Below are positions 28,336 to 37,012 of a stretch of 37,012 bases of DNA, piece by piece; position 1 is the stretch's first letter, and each line of letters starts with the position of its first letter. The DNA is from a virus (lineage: Duplodnaviria > Caudoviricetes). The notes under the pieces were generated by a model that saw only the letters and a list, made by a program, of their open reading frames with translations, made no database searches and was not told the DNA's origin. A program made the position numbers and the translations under genes. The stretch is taken from IMG/VR virus record IMGVR_UViG_3300022198_001203, positions 1 to 37,012 of that record; one strand, 5' to 3'.

Positions 28336-31118
28336 CAGTTACCCCCAACAATGGCGTCTGGGATTAGTGATAGCACAGTAGATGGCAATGGGTCACGCTG
28401 TTGTATGACATATTGGCCTGTTTTGTTCCAATGAGGGGAAAGAGTAATATTCTTGTCGCCATTGAATAGTTCAGGCGGTTGCCCCAAATATGCAGGCAAT
28501 CCGAATTTAGCTTCGTGCATCGCGTCGCGATTTGGCCCAGCCCACAGCCCTAGTGTGTCTTGAAGGCGAACAGTAAGCCTGCTTACCTTTTTATCCTTGC
28601 CCTGCACTGTCTCGCTTCCGGCCCCAGCGTCAATGCGGAGTGTTTCAATCTCCGCCACATATGGAAGCCCGACAGAAACTCTACTTGCGGCATATGGCAG
28701 GGTTATCTGTCCATTGCTAACCGTCAGATCACGAACAACATACCCATTCGCCAAAACCGTGACCGTGACGCCTTCTAGATGCCAAAGATTTGAAACTGTA
28801 GTGAATGCCAGCCTGACCTCGCCGCCATCGTGATACGTGCCAAAGGCAGTGCCATCAACATCAGTTCCGTTATTTTGTAGCTCGAACGTGTTAGCCGTGA
28901 CGTTAGCCACAGTGTATCCGGTTCCGTTCAGGTCGTCGGCAGGTGCTACTCCGGTGTTTGTTGTCAAATCCTCGATATTGATGCCGCTGATATCCACCGT
29001 GTCGCCATTAGATAGGCCATGAGAGGCGGCAGTGATCACGACAGGATCAGCGGCAGTAAATCCAGTGATCGTAATCGGCGTGTTGACGCGGGTACCAGCA
29101 TCGACGAAGAATGCATCTTGCACGTCCGTAGCATCCCGCTCGTCCATTCTCTCAATGTATTTTCGTGTGCCACCACCAACAGTGCGTTCGACAATAAAGT
29201 ATGTGATATCCGCCACATCCTCGCGAACACTCGCTACAGATTTAAATTTGCCCCGCGTCGAGTGACGATGCCAAGCATAAATTTCCTGTTCACGAAGGTA
29301 TGTTTGCGCCGCCATCGTACCGTCATCACGAACGCACCATAAAATCGAATATGGAGCAGGTGCAAAATCCCAATCAACAATGGTGTAATTGTCAAACAAA
29401 TGGCGAGCCAGGATAGAAATATCGTTGCCTGCATAGGCGTCTGTCTCAAACTTATAGCCAAGGTCACGCACAGTCTGCCCCGGCTGCATAAATATAGCGA
29501 CATCGCCCGCCACAATGGGCTTGAGCCATGTTGCGCCGTAATAGGATTGTGGCTTAACCTGGATGGAGCTTGGCGTGATGGAATCGTCAACGCCCGATAT
29601 CAACCACTCGCCACCTGATGTAAGAACCACTAGATCAGAAAGAGGGATATAGTGACGGACCTCGTTTACCTTCAAAGCAGCAATGGTCGCTGTTATGGCG
29701 TCACTGTCACGGGCCGGTGAAGACACAGACATATTGTAGAAATTAGCCGTCTGCGTAAACCAATTGCGCTGCGGGTTTTCTGTGGAGTTGCCAAAGATGC
29801 GCCGCTGCTGAAAGAATCCCGCAGTCGATGGGTACGAGTTAGAAGCAACAAACGGGTTTCTGGTTTTGGGAGGGGTGTCACTCAGATCAGGCTCAATGTT
29901 GTCGTCAGTGAATGTAAGCTCCTCTGTCTTGCCAATAAACCCGTAAATACCGTTCTCATACTTATAAATATTGTAGCTCTCTGCCCCGTCTGTCTTATCC
30001 CACGTAATCGTATTGTCGGCAGGATTGGCCCCGTTGGTGATCTCAGAATATGTGATATAGGCGCTGCCACCGGATGAATATGCTGTATATCCCGTCCCAT
30101 CGATATTATTGCCCGAGCTATCCGTAAGCTCAATGGTATTGGCGGTAACATTGTTGGCCTTGAACCTCTGGTCATTAAGTTCAGTCATGCCGACTACGCC
30201 ATCAATATGGAACTCGTTTCCTTCGCTAATGCCGTGACCGGTTACCGTAATCACAACGGGGTCAGCCTGAGTGGCACCTGAGATTGTCCATGACGACCCT
30301 GTGGCCCTTAAGCTCTCCTCCGCAGTGTCGTATCCTACCGCAGTAACGGTGTAGCGTTCTGTGATCGCCCCCACTGTGTCTGCCGTCGCCAAAAGATTCA
30401 ATGGGAATGTCTGCGAAGGCTGGAAAACGATTTCCGATAGCGTCCATGCATCGTTTCCCGTCCGTATCAATTCGCGTGGGGTGTAGTCAGGGTGCGTAAA
30501 GGTCATTATGTCAGCAGATTGGACGTATTGGATGTCAAAAAGATCGGCCTCTGCATATGGCGTCGCGACTTCATAAACCAACGATGCTGTTCCGCCTGAC
30601 GTGTAGGCCGTGTATCCTGACCCGTCGACATTGGTGCTGCTCATATCCTGTAATTCAAACGTATTTGCAGTGACGTTTGATATTTTGAATTGGCGACCGT
30701 TCAATTCTGTCATGCCTACAACAGAAGAAATAAACACCTCATCACCATTCGACAGTCCATGAGCCGTTGAGGTAACAACAACAGGATTGGCAGCAGTGGC
30801 GCCGGTTATTGTTTTAATGGCGGAGGAATCTACAACAAGACCGCCGTCAACAATAACTCGAATATACAGATTGCCAACTTCAAGAATGTAGGTCTGTTCA
30901 GTGTTGAACTCGAACGGGATAAGTCGAACAGCCTTTGTGCTGTCTTTTACCTCACAAACATATTCAAGCCCAGGACGATTGGAAACACCGCCCGACGTTC
31001 TCACATAATAATTTTCACACGCGGCAAGAGATGACTTGTACTTTTCAATATCTGTCCTGGCAGCAACAGCGGGAGACACCTCGCCACCTGCCATGCTCGT
31101 TTGGATAAGTTTAGTCAT
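28335..31118 (-). CDS. Tail tubular protein B / nozzle (T7 gp12-like) with three inserted beta-domain repeats
   Basis: QTSMAGGEVSP...RPGL...VRLIPFEFN.EQTY.LE; YPS...FFQQR; AWHRH; PYVAEIETL. Confidence 0.92.
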   Translation of the reverse strand: MTKLIQTSMAGGEVSPAVAARTDIEKYKSSLAACENYYVRTSGGVSNRPGLEYVCEVKDSTKAVRLIPFEFNTEQTYILEVGNLYIRVIVDGGLVVDSSAIKTITGATAANPVVVTSTAHGLSNGDEVFISSVVGMTELNGRQFKISNVTANTFELQDMSSTNVDGSGYTAYTSGGTASLVYEVATPYAEADLFDIQYVQSADIMTFTHPDYTPRELIRTGNDAWTLSEIVFQPSQTFPLNLLATADTVGAITERYTVTAVGYDTAEESLRATGSSWTISGATQADPVVITVTGHGISEGNEFHIDGVVGMTELNDQRFKANNVTANTIELTDSSGNNIDGTGYTAYSSGGSAYITYSEITNGANPADNTITWDKTDGAESYNIYKYENGIYGFIGKTEELTFTDDNIEPDLSDTPPKTRNPFVASNSYPSTAGFFQQRRIFGNSTENPQRNWFTQTANFYNMSVSSPARDSDAITATIAALKVNEVRHYIPLSDLVVLTSGGEWLISGVDDSITPSSIQVKPQSYYGATWLKPIVAGDVAIFMQPGQTVRDLGYKFETDAYAGNDISILARHLFDNYTIVDWDFAPAPYSILWCVRDDGTMAAQTYLREQEIYAWHRHSTRGKFKSVASVREDVADITYFIVERTVGGGTRKYIERMDERDATDVQDAFFVDAGTRVNTPITITGFTAADPVVITAASHGLSNGDTVDISGINIEDLTTNTGVAPADDLNGTGYTVANVTANTFELQNNGTDVDGTAFGTYHDGGEVRLAFTTVSNLWHLEGVTVTVLANGYVVRDLTVSNGQITLPYAASRVSVGLPYVAEIETLRIDAGAGSETVQGKDKKVSRLTVRLQDTLGLWAGPNRDAMHEAKFGLPAYLGQPPELFNGDKNITLSPHWNKTGQYVIQQRDPLPSTVLSLIPDAIVGGN

Positions 31119-31711
31119 TATGCCCTCGCATCAATCCAAGAGGCTTCAGGTGCTTCTCTATTGCGGCCTTCACTACTGTCTGTATCGGCGGCGTGGCTCA
31201 CAACCCGCAAAACCTCTTGGTCAAGTTTATTGGCAATCTCAAGGCTTCCTGTTAGGGACATGCAAACCCGTGAAGCCAACAGAAAACTAAACGCCATCGT
31301 GAACTCAGGATCGAACCGCGTAGTGTCCGTAACACGCGAAGTGTAGAACAATTCCGCATCCTCTTCGTTAGTGAGAATGACCTTTGTATCATCACTAAGG
31401 AGAGCCACTTCAAAATCCAATGGCGTGGCGTCGATGCCTAGAATATTGGTAATGCCTCGAACCTTGACCGCATCAGTCGGGTATTGATAGGCATAAGTCC
31501 ACTGCCCCGGCACCGTGACATCCAAGGTAGCCGGGGAAGTGTATTTCTTAGCAAAGCGCCAAGGATAGCGACGTAGCAATTCATCGCGAGTATCATCAAA
31601 GATCAGATTGATCTGCTCGGCCTCTACACTTTCCTCGTTAATATCGGAAATGTCGTATCTATCCCCGATATGTTGAAGAGCTAGTTTAGCAATCTGAACC
31701 TTACTCGCCAT
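31118..31711 (-). CDS. Tail tubular protein A / adaptor (T7 gp11-like)
   Basis: SKVQIAKLALQHIG...RDELLRRYPWRFA...WTYAYQYPTD...FDPEF. Confidence 0.9.
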   Translation of the reverse strand: MASKVQIAKLALQHIGDRYDISDINEESVEAEQINLIFDDTRDELLRRYPWRFAKKYTSPATLDVTVPGQWTYAYQYPTDAVKVRGITNILGIDATPLDFEVALLSDDTKVILTNEEDAELFYTSRVTDTTRFDPEFTMAFSFLLASRVCMSLTGSLEIANKLDQEVLRVVSHAADTDSSEGRNREAPEASWIDARA

Positions 31712-31716
31712 TGGCT

Positions 31717-32007
31717 TTACTCCTGAGCTTCCTTGGCAGCGGCAGCTTTAGCGGCCTTAGCAGCCCGTGCAGCAGCGGCCTTGTCTGTTTGAACGTCGCG
31801 AACAGCTTGGGCCACGTCCTTATTCATCTTAGTAACCGGCACCGCGCTTTGATCGAGGGGCTTTTCGTAAGTGCTTTTGCCCTCAAGGATTTCAATGTCG
31901 CGAGTTGGAATCGGCGTATCCGCAGGGAAAGTATGGACATCTCCCTTTGAAAAAAACTGTTCCCCCGAATAGTACGATTGTTTGAAGCGAACTTTAATTT
32001 CAGCCAT
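31717..32007 (-). CDS. Hypothetical protein in the head module
   Basis: GGAGG RBS; Ala/Lys-rich C-terminus. Confidence 0.75.
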   Translation of the reverse strand: MAEIKVRFKQSYYSGEQFFSKGDVHTFPADTPIPTRDIEILEGKSTYEKPLDQSAVPVTKMNKDVAQAVRDVQTDKAAAARAAKAAKAAAAKEAQE

Positions 32008-32023
32008 TAGGCTATCCTCCGTT

Positions 32024-32070
32024 AAGAAAAAGGAAGGTGATGGGGCCAGTTAAGATGATAACCAGCCCCA
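32024..32070 (-). terminator. Intrinsic terminator after the capsid and cement genes
   Basis: Minus strand TGGGGCTGGTTA/TAACTGGCCCCA stem followed by a pyrimidine/T tract CCTTCCTTTTTCTT. Confidence 0.6.
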
Positions 32071-32078
32071 ACCCTATG

Positions 32079-32519
32079 TTAGTTGGTAGCGTCTGGGTAA
32101 GACTTCCAACCAGTCGGGTCTAGCGTCAAGAAGGCAGAGCAAGTGCCTGCCGTAATTGTCGCAGCCCCAATGATCGCCTGCACACCGAGATAACGCTCGT
32201 AAGCGTTGCCCTCGATGGGAAGCGGAATTACCACAGTGTAACCGGCGACCAAAGTAGCCTCGGCAATCGCGCCAGTCTCGATGTGTGCCGTCGAGGTAGT
32301 GGCGTGAATGGCTGCGGTGCTGTCTGAGCGAAGCCGGAAATTCACCGTAGATGACGTTCCAACAACAGCGGTGTCAATCTGGATAACCAGATATAACGGT
32401 TGACCATTGCCCATATCACGGGCTTCCTGCAAGTCAATTTGATTGGTCAGGAGGTAGGTGCCGGTGGTTTCGGTAAGGTCAAAACCGTCGCCGAACTCCA
32501 AGAGTTTATCCATAATCAT
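32079..32519 (-). CDS. Capsid cement/decoration protein (Bbp16-like)
   Basis: MIMDKLLEF...NQIDL..ARDMGNGQPLYL...YERYLGV...ITAG..SAFLT.D; AAAGGAG RBS; follows the major capsid gene. Confidence 0.88.
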   Translation of the reverse strand: MIMDKLLEFGDGFDLTETTGTYLLTNQIDLQEARDMGNGQPLYLVIQIDTAVVGTSSTVNFRLRSDSTAAIHATTSTAHIETGAIAEATLVAGYTVVIPLPIEGNAYERYLGVQAIIGAATITAGTCSAFLTLDPTGWKSYPDATN

Positions 32520-32545
32520 AGTCTTTTCTCCTTTCGAGAGAAAGC

Positions 32546-32575
32546 GCCGGGGAGGGGTTAACAATACTCCCCGGC
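32546..32575 (-). other. GC-rich hairpin between the capsid and cement genes
   Basis: GCCGGGGAG-N12-CTCCCCGGC perfect 9-bp stem; may stabilise mRNA or attenuate downstream expression. Confidence 0.5.
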
Positions 32576-32584
32576 TGGGGGTTA

Positions 32585-33586
32585 TTAGCTGACGGTTGCT
32601 TCGTTGGTGCGAAGGGCGTCAACGCGGCGGATGGGATAACCACCCCACGAGGTCTGCATCGTTCCGCCTACGTTGTCCATAGACAGCGTGGAGTTGGAAA
32701 CAGCATTCGCGGTTTGGCGGCGAAGGAAGGACAATACCTGCTTGTCCATGTACCAAGCACAGCGACCAATCGCAGTGTTGGGGATTTCCGTGACGGCTTG
32801 GTGCATGAGGTCGTTCAGGTCTGCGCCGGTAGAAATATCGGCGGTCAAGAGGGACCGGTCAATATTGCAGATACGAACGACATAGCGCCAATCGCGAACA
32901 GAAAGGCCAACGTCCCAACGGTAGTGGGTGCGATATGCTTGCATCAGGCCGGAAGACGAGCCAACGGTATCTTGTACGGTAACTTCGCCAAGATCACGCT
33001 GTTGAACGCCGGCTTTCGAGCCTTTCGGGATGATGCCGTGGACCGTATTAGGTGACCAGCAGATCAGCCAGATAGATGCGTTGTCAGAACCAGAACCACC
33101 ACCAGCAATGATGTTGTCGCCATTTTCGGCAGACAGATCATTGTAGCGAGGGGCCAAGCCGGTGAACTCTTCAGGAGCGGTGGATTCGTCACCATAGAAG
33201 ATTTTGGTAGCAAGGGTTTGGTTCATGCCTTCAATGTGAGGGCGATCCTCTTGCAGACGGAAGGCGGCAGGGTTCCCAGCCATATCCACGAGAGCCTTAT
33301 CGACCTGTGAATAGTCTTCCATCATGCCGCAGTTGTCAGTGACCTGAACAGCGCGGCTTTTGGTCGGCTGGACAAATCCATACATTTTGCGGAAAGTTGG
33401 GGACGGTAAACCAGATCGAATGGAAGTCCGATGACCAGTTGTGAGGTTGCCCTCCATCCAAGTCATATCTTCCAGAATTTCGTTAGTCTGGTTCAAGATT
33501 TCGACCACATCGGCAATCGTGCCGTCGGGATCGGTGACCTTCGCAAGATCAGCGAGGGTCGGGTTTTCAGTACCGAGAGCAGCCAT
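32585..33586 (-). CDS. Major capsid protein (BPP-1 Bbp17-like, HK97 fold)
   Basis: PTLADLAK..DPDG.IA.VVEIL.QTNEILEDM.W.EGN..TGHRT..RSGLP...VRDWRYVVRI.NID. Confidence 0.93.
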   Translation of the reverse strand: MAALGTENPTLADLAKVTDPDGTIADVVEILNQTNEILEDMTWMEGNLTTGHRTSIRSGLPSPTFRKMYGFVQPTKSRAVQVTDNCGMMEDYSQVDKALVDMAGNPAAFRLQEDRPHIEGMNQTLATKIFYGDESTAPEEFTGLAPRYNDLSAENGDNIIAGGGSGSDNASIWLICWSPNTVHGIIPKGSKAGVQQRDLGEVTVQDTVGSSSGLMQAYRTHYRWDVGLSVRDWRYVVRICNIDRSLLTADISTGADLNDLMHQAVTEIPNTAIGRCAWYMDKQVLSFLRRQTANAVSNSTLSMDNVGGTMQTSWGGYPIRRVDALRTNEATVS

Positions 33587-33600
33587 TGGTAAATACTCCT

Positions 33601-34302
33601 TTAGTTGGCTTGTTTCTCAAACATAGTGGGATACAACCGCCGCAGTCCGTTCTCGCCTTCGGCCTTGTGACCGTCGCCTTCAAAGAACTCGCTATCGTTG
33701 ATTGATTTCCCAATGCGATGTAAAAAACGCAGCATTGCAGGGTGGTTGCCCAAGCCCAATCCGTCTGGATTTTCTGGCGATGGAGCATCAAGGATTTTCT
33801 GGAAACTTTCATCTCCATAACCTTCCTTAACCTTGCGAATAATGGACAGATTAGCTTCGAGGTTTTCACCGCCGAACTCTTTATCTGCGACCACTTCATC
33901 GCCCCACATCTTGATGCGCTCATGATATGCACTAGCCTGATCGGCCAATGCACTCTTGCCGCGTTCGATATCGTAATCGATAATAGCCTGATATTGTTCT
34001 TGGCTCAGTTTCATATCTCTCGCACGATCAGTGAAAGCGTCAAGTCGGCTTTGAACTTCCTCGCTTAGATCGAAGTCCTCGGGAGGCTTAAATTCATACT
34101 TGTCAGGCACTACACCCTTGTCTGAATCCTTGTCACCCGTTCCGTCACCCTCGTCATCCGACAGCAGGGTTTTGGTATCTTTGCCACCGTCTTTGGCGGC
34201 GTTCTCTTCAGAAGCGGATTCCTCAACCACTTCTTTTGTCTCTTCCTGACCTTCGAGATTTAGCTCCTCTTGGGCCTCTTCATTTACCTGTTCTTCTGCC
34301 AT
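33601..34302 (-). CDS. Capsid scaffolding protein
   Basis: Acidic N-terminus, VPDKYEF, GLGNHPAMLRFLHRIGK.I.D, LYPTM; directly upstream of the capsid gene. Confidence 0.85.
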   Translation of the reverse strand: MAEEQVNEEAQEELNLEGQEETKEVVEESASEENAAKDGGKDTKTLLSDDEGDGTGDKDSDKGVVPDKYEFKPPEDFDLSEEVQSRLDAFTDRARDMKLSQEQYQAIIDYDIERGKSALADQASAYHERIKMWGDEVVADKEFGGENLEANLSIIRKVKEGYGDESFQKILDAPSPENPDGLGLGNHPAMLRFLHRIGKSINDSEFFEGDGHKAEGENGLRRLYPTMFEKQAN

Positions 34303-34319
34303 GTTCTTCTCCTATATGG

Positions 34320-35681
34320 CTACCTAATTTCTTTCCAACCTAAATCCACTCGGCAGCTTGCCGTTGCTCCGTAAGCAATTGCCGCGATAGTTAAAATTCC
34401 CGTCACTCCATCTTGCCTATCCCAGAGCAACGCCTTACCCAGCAACCCATCAAGTTGACCGCTGTTATTGTTTCCCTTCGCTGATGAAAAGGGGTCTATT
34501 TTAACTTCAACACCACCCGTTATTACGGTTGCTGAAATGTCATATTCTGCACAAGAGCGAGTTGAGTTGACGTCAACCCAAGACGCGCCGGTCAAAGTGC
34601 CGTCTACGATAATAACAAGTTCAACGTCATTGCTGGCGTAGATGCTGTAGTGGTCGGGAATAATCAAACTGAGGTTAGGCAGACTGTTAAACTGTGCCTT
34701 TGAGCGGATAGACATGATCGGCAGCATCACAGAAGACGTAACAGCCCTAGTTGATCCACCGCTTACCCTGGAGCCGCCTCTTGTAGAGATAGCGCGAGGG
34801 AATCCTGGCATATCTTGTAAATCTGCGCCGCCTTCCGATTTCACAGTACAGCAGATTGCAGCCATCGTGGCAGAAGCGTTAGCTCCGTCGATTACATAAC
34901 GGAAGCCAATGGCGTTGAGGTCGTTGCCATAGCAAATCTCTGCGAAGGTCTGAACCCCCGCGCCTTGTCCTTTATCCTCGATGTAAATCCGATACTGAAC
35001 AGGAAGGGTCGGCGTCTGCCAATAGCCCGAATTGCGTAGGTTGTCATTGTGGATGGAAGCCACGCAAGTTGACGCCCCTTGTGAAACCATGCATCCGCGA
35101 ATAGTGCCGACCTTCAACGACTGGAAATCAATCGCAAAGATGTGGCTGTCGGTCCAATCCCGGTCCGTTGAAAAATTATCCCAATCCGCTTGGGCAACCG
35201 TTTGCTCTGTGACTGATCCAGTCACATTGGAACGCAGGAAAAATTCAACCGTTCCCGTGCCTATTCCAGCAAGATCGAGAACACCCGTCTTTTCTGATAA
35301 CTGCGAACACCCCGGCGTGTAAGGAACAGGGTGACTGGAAAGCGTGGCGTGGTTACCAGCAGCAGCGGCAGATAAAGACAACTCAGCTTGTCGCGCCGTG
35401 GCGTTGTGCGTGATAGTGCCATTTGTGGTGAAGCTGTCGAACAGGTCCGGCTGTAGATCGTAAGTAAATTCAGCGTCAAGCCGGTTGCCTGGAGCAGATA
35501 CGCGATGGCGACCAAAGGCATCAAGTTGCGCCCCACCGAGCGCCACCGGCATAGGCGCGGCGTCGCTGATATTGTGGAACGTGCCGTCGGCGTCCTCAAT
35601 AATAGGGATCGACTTGTACCTGCTGTCATTAATCGGCCCCGGCTCTGTGCTTGGGGGGTATGAATATGTAGGGTTAACCAT
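34320..35681 (-). CDS. Beta-rich hypothetical protein (DAFGRxRVS type), probably virion-associated
   Basis: 453-aa ORF with DAFGRHRVS, PYTPG, VAQADW, IDFQSL.VG, PTLPV.Y, ICCTVKSEGG; coupled to the upstream gene. Confidence 0.7.
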   Translation of the reverse strand: MVNPTYSYPPSTEPGPINDSRYKSIPIIEDADGTFHNISDAAPMPVALGGAQLDAFGRHRVSAPGNRLDAEFTYDLQPDLFDSFTTNGTITHNATARQAELSLSAAAAGNHATLSSHPVPYTPGCSQLSEKTGVLDLAGIGTGTVEFFLRSNVTGSVTEQTVAQADWDNFSTDRDWTDSHIFAIDFQSLKVGTIRGCMVSQGASTCVASIHNDNLRNSGYWQTPTLPVQYRIYIEDKGQGAGVQTFAEICYGNDLNAIGFRYVIDGANASATMAAICCTVKSEGGADLQDMPGFPRAISTRGGSRVSGGSTRAVTSSVMLPIMSIRSKAQFNSLPNLSLIIPDHYSIYASNDVELVIIVDGTLTGASWVDVNSTRSCAEYDISATVITGGVEVKIDPFSSAKGNNNSGQLDGLLGKALLWDRQDGVTGILTIAAIAYGATASCRVDLGWKEIR

Positions 35682-35979
35682 CGAAGTGGTTCTCCTCTAG
35701 CATCTTCAAGAACTGCCTTGGGTGCTTCATCCTGATATTCTCAAGGATATCGTTGCCAACAGCCCTGCCGCCCTCGTTATACGCAGTGCTATCTGAGCAG
35801 CCTGGAACATGGCTGCCGCCATTAACATGGGCCTTGGTGTAAATTAGCTCGTACATCCACCGCCTACCGCGCATAGACGATAAAATCCATTCAAGATCGC
35901 GCTCGCGGTCCTTCTCTTGATCCTCTGCTTTGCTGATCTGTGCCTCATCTGAACTGTCGGTAATAACGTGCTTAGTCAT
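35674..35979 (-). CDS. Bbp19-like small protein following the portal
   Basis: DLEWILSSMRGRRWMYELI...TAYNEGGRAVG. Confidence 0.82.
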   Translation of the reverse strand: MTKHVITDSSDEAQISKAEDQEKDRERDLEWILSSMRGRRWMYELIYTKAHVNGGSHVPGCSDSTAYNEGGRAVGNDILENIRMKHPRQFLKMLEENHFDG

Positions 35980-37012
35980 TGCAGGCCACCACCAGCGCCG
36001 AGAAGGTCGGTCAATGCATTAGGGTTGGTGCTGTCTGTCTCGCTAAGAACCTTAGCCCCTTGCGCCACAGCCATTCCCTGCTCCATTGCGGCAGCTTGAG
36101 CCGCCTCCTGTTGGCGACCTTCACGCATAGCCTGTACAGTTTCAGCGTCTTTAAGCAATTTGGGATCATTGCCGAGGATTTCACTGTATTCGCGAAGAGC
36201 GTAGTCAGCGTCAACAACGTCAACGACCTCTTGAAACACTGCCGACAAGTTGCCCGCAAAGCTCATGGTGCGTTCAATTGTAGTAGCAGCGACAGCCTGC
36301 TGGGCCTGCGCTAATAGCGAGATGTATTCGACCTTAAGCTCCTGACCATGAAGCGCTTCAGGAGGCGTGGGGAGGAGGCCGGCCTCTGACGCAAAATCGA
36401 AGACATCATCGAGCAGTGGGTCAAGCAGTTCGACGTTTAACCGCTGCAGCACAGGCCCAAGCAGAACGAGCTTCTCTTCATGACGCTCTGCCACCTCAGT
36501 CGCGGTCATTTGCCTGCGGTCTGAATTGATCATCATCGCGAAAAGATCAGCATAAAAACCGCGCTGGATGCGCTCCTGCACCTCCTGAATATCCATCAGC
36601 ATCTCGTTAATGCGTGGCTGAACGGTATACGCGGGTTGGAAACCTTGACCGCCTTGCGTGGGGTCAACGTATGTATTGCCGCCTGGAAGCGTTGTTGATG
36701 GCTTGCCCCGTAGATTTACAGATGCCACCATAGGCGGGTTGACCATCTTATCAATGGCCTGAGCTTTGCGCTTCTGCTGGTGCTGTAGCTGCTTGATGTC
36801 TCCCAGAGTGTCCATGCCAGGAGATCGACCGTAGACATCGCCGTAAAGAACATCCCAACGAGGGACATAGATTGGCATCTTTTTGAAACCGCCCTCAAAG
36901 AGCAGATCATCGCCATCTCCACCATGCTCAAAGTAAATTGACTTCACGGGCATGTTCAGTTGATCGCGCTTGCGGATGTCCCGATCACCTGACCTTCGCG
37001 GCTCAATCATGT
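35976..37012 (-). CDS. Portal (head-tail connector, T7 gp8/Bbp21-like), 5'-truncated by the window edge
   Basis: VPRW....GDVYGRSPGM..LGDIKQLQ...MTATEVAERHEEKL..LGPVL.RL..ELL.PL...VEYISLLAQAQ. Confidence 0.95.
   Translation of the reverse strand, partial: MIEPRRSGDRDIRKRDQLNMPVKSIYFEHGGDGDDLLFEGGFKKMPIYVPRWDVLYGDVYGRSPGMDTLGDIKQLQHQQKRKAQAIDKMVNPPMVASVNLRGKPSTTLPGGNTYVDPTQGGQGFQPAYTVQPRINEMLMDIQEVQERIQRGFYADLFAMMINSDRRQMTATEVAERHEEKLVLLGPVLQRLNVELLDPLLDDVFDFASEAGLLPTPPEALHGQELKVEYISLLAQAQQAVAATTIERTMSFAGNLSAVFQEVVDVVDADYALREYSEILGNDPKLLKDAETVQAMREGRQQEAAQAAAMEQGMAVAQGAKVLSETDSTNPNALTDLLGAGGGLQ

Larger units (their letters stand above)
1..37012. mobile_element. Tailed dsDNA phage (podovirus-type virion module), near-complete genome or prophage interior
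   Basis: Terminase, portal, scaffold, capsid, tail, ejection, lysis, replication and recombination genes in phage-like operons with overlapping start/stop codons; no host housekeeping genes. Confidence 0.97.

Overview
The window is most of the genome of a tailed dsDNA phage with a podovirus (T7/BPP-1-type) virion module, probably infecting an Alphaproteobacterium (it has a GapR/DUF2312 homologue and an alphaproteobacterial-looking SSB). Layout: terminase large and small subunits and a leftward replication operon (Cro-like HTH, VRR-NUC, DnaA-C-like HTH, initiator with internal iterons) at 1-5.85 kb; a divergent rightward early operon (Gp157, probable SSAP, GapR, SSB, HNH, NinB-like, QueD plus a TGT/DpdA-like protein) at 6.0-12.4 kb; and a leftward late operon (partial portal, scaffold, major capsid, cement, adaptor, nozzle, three ejection proteins, tail fibres, lysis) at 12.4-37 kb. 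No integrase, CI-type repressor, DNA polymerase, CRISPR array or reverse transcriptase is visible. The most notable items are: (1) a 2971-aa ejection protein whose ParB-like, ADP-ribosyltransferase-like and Cys-rich GP88/radical-SAM-like cargo domains are each bounded by hydrophobic-x-Gln motifs just upstream of an HExxH peptidase, suggesting a self-processing injected polyprotein; (2) a two-gene queD-dpdA-like cassette with an apparent scar of a displaced gene; (3) a nested tRNA-like RNA in an 18-bp clamp; (4) a promoter-to-terminator sRNA with an anti-Shine-Dalgarno loop. All family assignments come from motif recognition by eye, not database searches.
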